A program made the position numbers and the translations under genes. Of a stretch of DNA of 64,000 nt, positions 31,735 through 39,000 are shown in pieces; within the stretch, counting starts at the first letter, position 1, and each line of letters opens with the position of its first letter. Source of the stretch: a virus; IMG/VR virus record IMGVR_UViG_3300048694_001252, positions 32,001-96,000 of that record; one strand, 5' to 3'. Under the pieces are notes generated by a model. That model did not search any database. It was not told the DNA's origin and saw only the letters and a program-made list of their open reading frames with translations.

Positions 31735-31790
31735 GCGGGTTCTATCCCGCTACGCTGTTTGGGGAAACAGCATAAGCCGCATGATTACGG
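31735..31790 (-). promoter_or_regulatory. Structured 5' leader (three hairpins) after late promoter TAAATA at 31797-31802
   Basis: Stems CCGUA/UGCGG, UAUGCUGUUU/AAACAGCGUA and GCGGG/CCCGC; the G-U pairs work on the minus strand. Confidence 0.6.
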
Positions 31791-31844
31791 ACCAAGTATT
31801 TATGCAAAAACCAAATTATACCAGAGTACCGTAGTAAATACCCC

Positions 31845-32993
31845 GTGAATACTGCACAGCTAATTGAAACCGGCAATCAACATCGTGCTGATCGCCAATA
31901 TGATGCGGCTCTGGCCTGCTATGCCCAGGCCTTTGCCCAGGATCGCGGCTCATCTGCGGCCTTCAACAATTATGGCAATGTACTGCGTGAGATCGGGGAA
32001 CCTGCTGGGGCATTGCCGTTCTTGGAACGTGCCATCCAGCTCAATCCCCAGGATCCCATGGCACAGTTCAATCGATCCGTGTGCTTGCTGCTCTTGGGCG
32101 ACTATGAGCGCGGCTGGCCCGCATACGAGACCCGTTGGAACTACGAACATCTCGCGGGCACCTTGCCCCAGCTTGATCGACCGCGCTGGACCGGACAAGA
32201 TCTCCGGGATCGCTCTATACTGGTCATAGGCGAACAGGGACATGGTGACTGCATACAATTCAGTCGCTTCCTATGGAACCTACATGCCTTGGGCGCCCGC
32301 GTACATTTGCAGACCACCGATGGTTTGATACCGTTGTTCCAGAACAGCACCGTCATAGCATCGGTCTCGGCATACAGTAGTGCCATGCCCGAGGTTGATT
32401 ACTGGATACCCATCATGAGCATCCCGGCCGTGCTGGGCCTGACCCTGCAGAATCTACCGCGATCCATCAACTATATCACAGCACCCGACAATTTGTGCCA
32501 GCAATGGCGCCAACTGTTGGGCAACAAAACGCGATTGAGAGTAGGCTTGTCCTGGAGTGGCCGCCGGGACGCCTGGCTCAACACCCACAAAGGTATGCCA
32601 TTTGCTCAGGCTCTCACGCTGATACGATCAAACCCGCAATGCGAATGGATCAATCTCCAGATTGATGCCACCCCAGAAGAAACAGCGGCCTTGGCCGAGC
32701 TGGGTGTGCGCATGTTTCCCGGTACCATCACTGGATTCCATGATACTGCGGCCCTGCTGATGAACTTAGATGTGGTGCTGAGCGTGGATACTGCCATAGC
32801 GCATCTAGCTGGGGCGCTGGGTCGTCCCACCTGGGTCATGTTGCAGCGATTTGCCGTGGACTGGCGCTGGCTTCTAGCGCGATCAGATTCGCCCTGGTAT
32901 CCCACAGCACGCCTGTTCCGTCAGGAGAATTTTGATGACTGGTCCACGGTCATACGCGAAGTCAGTCAATATATCTCATGGTTCAAGGTATGA
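31845..32993 (+). CDS. TPR protein with GT9/heptosyltransferase-like domain
   Basis: TPR repeats, EQGHGDCIQFSRF, VGLSWSG, DVVLSVDTAIAHLAGALGRPTW, DWRW...DSPWYPT.RLFRQ. Confidence 0.85.
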   Translation: MNTAQLIETGNQHRADRQYDAALACYAQAFAQDRGSSAAFNNYGNVLREIGEPAGALPFLERAIQLNPQDPMAQFNRSVCLLLLGDYERGWPAYETRWNYEHLAGTLPQLDRPRWTGQDLRDRSILVIGEQGHGDCIQFSRFLWNLHALGARVHLQTTDGLIPLFQNSTVIASVSAYSSAMPEVDYWIPIMSIPAVLGLTLQNLPRSINYITAPDNLCQQWRQLLGNKTRLRVGLSWSGRRDAWLNTHKGMPFAQALTLIRSNPQCEWINLQIDATPEETAALAELGVRMFPGTITGFHDTAALLMNLDVVLSVDTAIAHLAGALGRPTWVMLQRFAVDWRWLLARSDSPWYPTARLFRQENFDDWSTVIREVSQYISWFKV

Positions 32994-33160
32994 GTCGACA
33001 ACCAACCAAACTGATCGCAGCCGGAGACATAGTGCGCAGACCCACAGACCGTGCGCAGGGCGTGGTATTGTCACGCCGGGGCATATGGACCGTGGAGGTC
33101 AAATGGCCCAGTGGTGCCAAGGAAATCGTGAAAATCTCGGAGCTGATCAGGGTGGCCTAG
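32990..33160 (+). CDS. Small SH3/KOW-like hypothetical protein (56 aa)
   Basis: ATGA overlap with the upstream stop; GDIV...GVV...VEVKW pattern. Confidence 0.5.
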   Translation: MSRQPTKLIAAGDIVRRPTDRAQGVVLSRRGIWTVEVKWPSGAKEIVKISELIRVA

Positions 33161-33161
33161 A
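33145..33161 (+). repeat. Left 17-bp direct repeat GATCAGGGTGGCCTAGA
   Basis: 16/17 identical to 33853-33869. Confidence 0.8.
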
Positions 33162-33174
33162 TTGTCCAATTTGT

Positions 33175-33204
33175 TTGTAAACCACCTGCAGAATCGTGCA
33201 TAAT
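33175..33204 (+). promoter_or_regulatory. Putative sigma70 promoter for the tRNA cassette
   Basis: TTGTAA-18 nt-CATAAT, 8 nt before the tRNA 5' end. Confidence 0.5.
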
Positions 33205-33212
33205 TACCATAT

Positions 33213-33286
33213 GCGCCCGAAGCTGATCGGATAGCCGGAGCCTCTAAAACTCCTGGTAGCGGGTTCGACTCCCGCCTGGCGCACCA
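33213..33286 (+). tRNA. Amber suppressor tRNA, anticodon CUA (33244-33246)
   Basis: Cloverleaf: acceptor GCGCCCG/CUGGCGC, D GCUG/UAGC, anticodon arm GGAGC-CUCUAAA-ACUCC, T arm GCGGG-UUCGACU-CCCGC, A73 and encoded CCA; 74 nt. Confidence 0.85.
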
Positions 33287-33304
33287 CTAACCAAGGAGAC
33301 TTTC

Positions 33305-33847
33305 ATGTCCTAGATTGAATATGCATGCCGAGATTGTGTTTTTCATTTCAACAAAAAACATCTAGAAGACCCCACCGTGCCCATGTGGGTAATCAAAACA
33401 CATGGTGAAACGTTCTATGTGAATCATGTCACATGCGAACTTGCCTGGTCAACCAAAGAAACCCCCGACAACACGCATACCAAAGGATCTCTCAAGATCC
33501 GTGAATGCCTGCTGACCATTGACGATGCCAATGAGGCCCGACTCACTGAACTCACAGTCTGGGATCGGGTTCGTCTGCGCAATCAGCGACTGGGTATAAC
33601 TCGAATCATATTTGCATACGGTAGTGATATCCATCGTGCGCTCAAGGCCAAGGAGTTCCGGCACAGCTCTTTCAAGAACGTGAGCGGAGGATGCGGTACC
33701 AGTTTTGTGGTCTGTGATCTCCTAGATCCAGCAGAGGCCACGTTTGCTGCTCTCAAATATCAGTTCAGAGTAATGAAACCCAATGAAGATTATTATCGAG
33801 CCTATGATCAACCCGGATCTCACATAGAGGAATCGGGAGAATACTGA
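33305..33847 (+). CDS. Hypothetical protein (180 aa) with in-frame TAG at codon 3; needs amber read-through
   Basis: AAGGAG at 33293-33298, then ATG TCC TAG ATT GAA TAT GCA TGC..., in frame with the listed 156-aa ORF at 33377. Confidence 0.75.
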
Positions 33848-33852
33848 GGACA

Positions 33853-33869
33853 GATCGGGGTGGCCTAGA
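33853..33869 (+). repeat. Right 17-bp direct repeat GATCGGGGTGGCCTAGA
   Basis: 16/17 identical to 33145-33161. Confidence 0.8.
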
Positions 33870-34560
33870 CTCCATATTGCCCACGTGAGGCATTGAAGTT
33901 TTGCAAGACTTCCCAGTCAGACAAGGATCTATTGTAGCAGAAAAACTGGCCTATACTGCCACTCAAGAGATTGCCATGATCGTAACTGGCTATGTCGGTG
34001 CTACCGTCGCCGGGATGCGGGTTGAGATTGTAGCTTGAACTGGCGTCAAATACACCGTTCACATAGGTTTTCATACTTACATAGGCTTCAAATGTCACGG
34101 CTATGTAATACCACTGACCTAGATCAAACGTGGCCACGGTGGGAAATGCATTGTAGTTGGCCCAGTCCTGGTGTCCGCTATAGAAACGGTTGCCACCTGA
34201 TCCAAAAGTGAAGTGACCACCTGCGAAACTACTCACTATGTTGTTGTTATAGCTGTAGCTGTTAAGACGCAACCACATGCTCTTGGTATACTGATTGTTG
34301 GGTAACACATTGGCAGTGAATCCCACACCGTACTGATTGGCGCCATTGAACGTGAAGTAGGAGGGTGTGCCTGAGGTCCACGTGGGCGAATTCTGCAAGC
34401 TAATATTGGCTCCAAAACCCGAAAGATCATACCAGGTGGTTCCAGATCCCGGATAGCTGGCAGGGTTATTGGCATCCAACCACATGGTCAGTCCTGTGGT
34501 GACATATCCAGGTTCATCCTGCAAGATTGTGCCTTGAATTTTGCCGCCTGAGATAATCAT
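33865..34560 (-). CDS. LamG/concanavalin A-like lectin domain protein
   Basis: LDANNPASYPGSGTTWYDLSG, WYYIAVTF, YVNG, YNRSLS..EVLQNFNA. Confidence 0.8.
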   Translation of the reverse strand: MIISGGKIQGTILQDEPGYVTTGLTMWLDANNPASYPGSGTTWYDLSGFGANISLQNSPTWTSGTPSYFTFNGANQYGVGFTANVLPNNQYTKSMWLRLNSYSYNNNIVSSFAGGHFTFGSGGNRFYSGHQDWANYNAFPTVATFDLGQWYYIAVTFEAYVSMKTYVNGVFDASSSYNLNPHPGDGSTDIASYDHGNLLSGSIGQFFCYNRSLSDWEVLQNFNASRGQYGV

Positions 34561-35276
34561 ATTCCAAACCTTGATCTATTGGCATTGAAGTTCTGTGACA
34601 CACCGCTGGTACCAATATCTGCGTTATAGATTCTTACAATGCTGAGTTTGCCGCCCCAGTATTGATAATTGTCCCAACGACTCATCAATCTGATGCCATT
34701 TCCACCACGCACTGAGTTGAAGCCGGGCCATGCACGACTGTTAACCAAGACGCCATTTACATACAGTCGCACGGTGGTGCCGTCCCAAGTGCCTGTGACC
34801 TGATACCAATTGCCTGTGATTAGTGTGACCTGCCCAGAATAAGTTGATGCCCAACCACCATTGAATGAACCAGACTGGAGGTAGGGAAAACTGTCTTCGG
34901 TGTTGCCCAAAGTAAAGTTGAGGGGATTGCCAAAATACATTTCTGTCACAATACAAGGAGATCCCGAGCCCATGTTGGTAGTGTCATGATACAACCAGGC
35001 TTCCACAGTCCAGTTTGAAAATGTTGATGCAAATGATGGTCCCTGAGCATACTGACTCAAAGCCGGATCAAACAATATACTACCGCCATTGCCAGCATCG
35101 TAGGCAGGGCTGTTGGCCAAAGTATATACCAATCCGCTTTCAGTATCAGTCCATGTTGAGCCTGAGCCTGGATAACTGGCAGGATTACCGGCGTCAAGAT
35201 TCAAGATCAAATTGGCCTGCACCACTCCGGGTGTTTGATATCTACCGCCGCGATAGGTTCCACTTCTTATGATCAT
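34557..35276 (-). CDS. LamG/concanavalin A-like lectin domain protein
   Basis: LDAGNPASYPGSGSTW, WYQVTGTWDG..VRLYVNG, QNFNANRSRFGI. Confidence 0.8.
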   Translation of the reverse strand: MIIRSGTYRGGRYQTPGVVQANLILNLDAGNPASYPGSGSTWTDTESGLVYTLANSPAYDAGNGGSILFDPALSQYAQGPSFASTFSNWTVEAWLYHDTTNMGSGSPCIVTEMYFGNPLNFTLGNTEDSFPYLQSGSFNGGWASTYSGQVTLITGNWYQVTGTWDGTTVRLYVNGVLVNSRAWPGFNSVRGGNGIRLMSRWDNYQYWGGKLSIVRIYNADIGTSGVSQNFNANRSRFGI

Positions 35277-35278
35277 AA

Positions 35279-36040
35279 TCAAATTCCGTAGGTAGTTTTC
35301 ACAGCATTGTAGTTTGCGGTGACTTGAGCTTGACTCAAAGCAATGTTGTAAGCTCTCATTTGATAATAGGTGCCAATAGCAACATCAGTTGGCGTGCCTG
35401 AGGTACCAGCATTAGGATGGCGAGAACCAAAGTTCAATCCTGTGGCGGCAGGGCTTTGTGCAGAATTATATCCAGTGGAGACTGAGTTTTGTAGCGTTCC
35501 GTTGATGTATAACTTGAGGCTAGGTGTAGCATCTACTGTGATAATAAATTGTCTAATAGCTCCTGAGTTGGCAGTGACATTATAAAGGTTGTATTTGCTG
35601 GTCACTCCACCTATAGAGATTTGAGTTGAGCTTGCCCAATACGCCATCCAACCAAGGCTCGCCAGGTAACTTTCATTGCCAAACAGTGTAGACCAAAAAC
35701 TCGTTGCAGTAATATTTGCAATAACTTCAACGGTGAACGGGACTGCCAAATTATATGATGTATTGGCTACCATGGCCATGTTTGTGGCTTGACTTGGTCC
35801 CAATATCAACCCTCCATTGTTGCTGGAGGTATAAGTAGCGGTTCCGGTGCCTGTTTTGTATATCGTACCATTGCGACCATTGCCCGACTCATCTAGCCAA
35901 TAGTTGAAGCTGGCAGTTGGTGCATTGAGATAGTTGATCTGTAGGCCTGATGTAGTGCCGGTCCAAGTATTATTGCTGGGGTACACAGGTGATGAAGCTG
36001 ATCCCACGTTGTTCATCATATTCATCATGATGCCAGTCAT
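35279..36040 (-). CDS. LamG/concanavalin A-like lectin domain protein
   Basis: WLDESGNGRNG, LKLYING, YNIALSQAQVTANYNA; start at the TAATG overlap. Confidence 0.75.
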   Translation of the reverse strand: MTGIMMNMMNNVGSASSPVYPSNNTWTGTTSGLQINYLNAPTASFNYWLDESGNGRNGTIYKTGTGTATYTSSNNGGLILGPSQATNMAMVANTSYNLAVPFTVEVIANITATSFWSTLFGNESYLASLGWMAYWASSTQISIGGVTSKYNLYNVTANSGAIRQFIITVDATPSLKLYINGTLQNSVSTGYNSAQSPAATGLNFGSRHPNAGTSGTPTDVAIGTYYQMRAYNIALSQAQVTANYNAVKTTYGI

Positions 36041-39000
36041 TAACTTACTCCTGTGCCGTTGATCATCCAAACGTTGGCGGCAACATTCAATAGTGTCGCC
36101 ATGCCATATGTGGTCACGGTTCTATTACCAGCAGTGGCATTGCCTGCAAGATACAGACTTACTCCGGTGTCTTGTGCAATAGTGATGTTGCCGGTTCCAC
36201 GATTTACAATACTGATTGCTGTGCCCACGGTCCAACTCACAGATGAGTTATTTGCGATAGTCAATGTGTTACCAGTGGACAATGTTGAGTAGTAATGCTT
36301 GCCTGCATCGGCTGCTGCTATTGTGGCATTGCCAGCGAACGATATTTGGGGAAGATCTCTATAACCAATGGCATAGTTAGCAGTGGTTACTGTTGCTGAA
36401 TTGCCTAACACTGCTCCAGGAGCAATGATATTGCCACCCAGTTGCACATTACCGCCCAAAGGATTCAACACGATTGGATAGTAAGTGGCATTTTGTGAAT
36501 ATCCGCTTTGTATCCATTGTGCATAGGCTGTGCTCACACCATTTAGTGTAGATCCAACTGGATACTGACCCAAAGCCAGATAGTTGCTGCCGGAACCGCC
36601 TATTGATACCGCAGCATTGGCAGTGATTGCGTTGGCTGCTGGGGCAAGCTGAATTCCGCTTAGTAAACTATGTTGTAATGTGGCTGTGGCGTTGGAGCCT
36701 ACATTCAAGTTACCTGTAACACTGGCAGTTCCTGCGGTGCTGATGTTACCACCAATGATATTACCTGTGGCTGTGATCAATCCGCCAGTTAAAATGTTAC
36801 CGTGTGTGGCATTACCAGTAGAACTCATAATGCCAGCAGTTAAGATATTGCCACCAGTGATGTTACTCGAGGCTGATATCAATCCACCTGTTAATACGTT
36901 ACCACCTGTGATATTACCAGCGTTAACTGTGCCGGTGGTAGATATTGTGTTACTGCCATATGCAGCCAACAATGTGGTTACGTTTGAGTTTCCATAACTG
37001 CTACCTGCAGCAACCGCGGCAAACACACCATTACCATATAACACGGTGCTGGCGTTGCCGTTTAAGTTGATTGAACTAATATTGCCCAAGTTTGCGGCTG
37101 TGATATTACCTGTGGCCGAAATCAAACCTGCTGTGAGTAAGTTGCCACCCGTGATGTTGGCTGACACTGACACTGTGGTTCCTGTGTACGTGGTAGCATT
37201 GACATTGGCACCACCTAGGATATTACCACCTGTGATGTTGCCAGTAGCTGAGATCAAACCTGTGGTCGTGACGTTGCCGCTGATTACGTTACCAGTCACA
37301 GATGCATTACCACTGGTAACTGAGAATCCACTTACAATCAAGTTAGATTGGGCATTGACATTACCAGTTACAAAAATACCATTTGTGCTGTTGAAGTTTA
37401 CTCGCTGACCAAACTGAACTGCGGAGCCATTCTGAGTTGTAATCGTATTGTTAGAACCATAAATGGTCAGTGCTGTACCAATAGTTGCGTTGCCTGTTGC
37501 AGTCACATCAGATAAGGTCGTAGCTCCGGTTACCTGCAACGATGTGGCTGTAACTGTGCCCGAAGCTGATATACCAACACCAAGTAAGTTGCCGCCACGC
37601 ACGTTACCAGTTGCACTGATTGCACCACCTGTGAGTATATTTGCACCAGTGATGTTGCCAGTGGCATTTACCTGTCCTGCGGTAGACAAATTGCCACCAA
37701 TCACATTGGCTGCGCTGGTGACAGTACCAGTTGCACTGATTGCACCACCTGTGAGTATATTTGCACCAGTGATGTTACCTGCGGTCACAGTGCCAGTAGT
37801 GGATATTGTGTTGCTGCCAAATCCAGCTAGCAAAGTGGTCACATTTGAGTTGCTGTAGGCGGCTGGTAATCCTGTGAGCTGGCTACCATTGCCAAAAAAG
37901 TAGTTTGCTGAGATATTTCCCGAAGCACTGACCACTCCTGTGGCAACAAGATTGCCACCTGTAACGTTACCGGTAGTGCTGACTGGCGCAGAACCACTGA
38001 CTTGTATATTGCTTAGTAAACTGCCATCGCCTAAGATATAGGCACCACGCACGTTACCAGTGGCCGAAATAGCACCACTGGTAGTGATCCCTGTGTTGGA
38101 GATTTGCGCCACGGTGTTTGCTGAGCCCGAGCCGCCGGCATTGAACTTGATACCGTAGCCTGCTGTTGTGGTACCAAGAACCAAGTTGCCACCTGCTGCC
38201 CCACCTTGCACATACAGATAACCGTCTCTGCGCTGCACTGCTGAACCAAGACTGTTGTCTTGTGTACCGTCCCACACACTGCTGGCTATACCCATGTCAA
38301 GATAGTTTGTGGTATCTGTGCCGTCATCTGCTGTGATCGCCAGTTCCATAGACGCCACATTACCGTGATTGGTATTCTGCAGGTTTACTTGGGTATAGCT
38401 GTTGTCATCGCCTGTTATTTGTACCACAGTGTTGGGCAGAGGTGTATAACCGGTCTTGCCAGCATAGATAGCACCAATACCTGTTGATATATTGCCGTAG
38501 AACACACCCGAGTTGCCAGAAATCTGTGTGACGTTTCCTGTAAAGTTTATGTTGCCAGTCACAAACAAGTTACCACCAATGGTAGCGTTACCATCTAAAT
38601 CAAAGTTTTTTGAGCCGTTGATGTTGCCACTTATGGTAGCGTCGTAAACACTCAGGTTGCCAGTTGTTGTGATATCTCCGGGAGCAGTCAGTGCACCTGT
38701 GTTATCAAATGTCCAATGGCTTGTGAATGCGCTTATGCTCACATTGCCATTGGCATAGATCTGGATATCGTTGGCATCCATGTAGATGGCTGTGAGATCA
38801 TCCACAGTAGAAGTTAGATAGGCAGTGTTACCACCGTTTTCGTTCAGCGACAGTTTTGAGTTGCCCTGTACAACGTTGCCAGGTATAGTCAAGTTACCAG
38901 TATAATCAAACACCCAACTGTTAGAACCAGCTGTGATGTTTACATTACCTGCATGGCCTGCTGGGTCTGCACTGTTGCCTGTTGTGAGATAGATGCTGCC

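Noticed and set aside
33136-33150. Similarity of CTCGGAGCTGATCAG to the tRNA 5'/D-arm (12/15)
   Set aside because: Too short to separate from chance without comparative data.
33237-33253. Reading the tRNA as Arg (UCU) or as tRNA-Pyl
   Set aside because: Nine nt lie between GGAG and CUCC, which centres CUA after U33; a UCU register breaks the stem. The Pyl-specific arm lengths are missing and no pyl genes are in the window.
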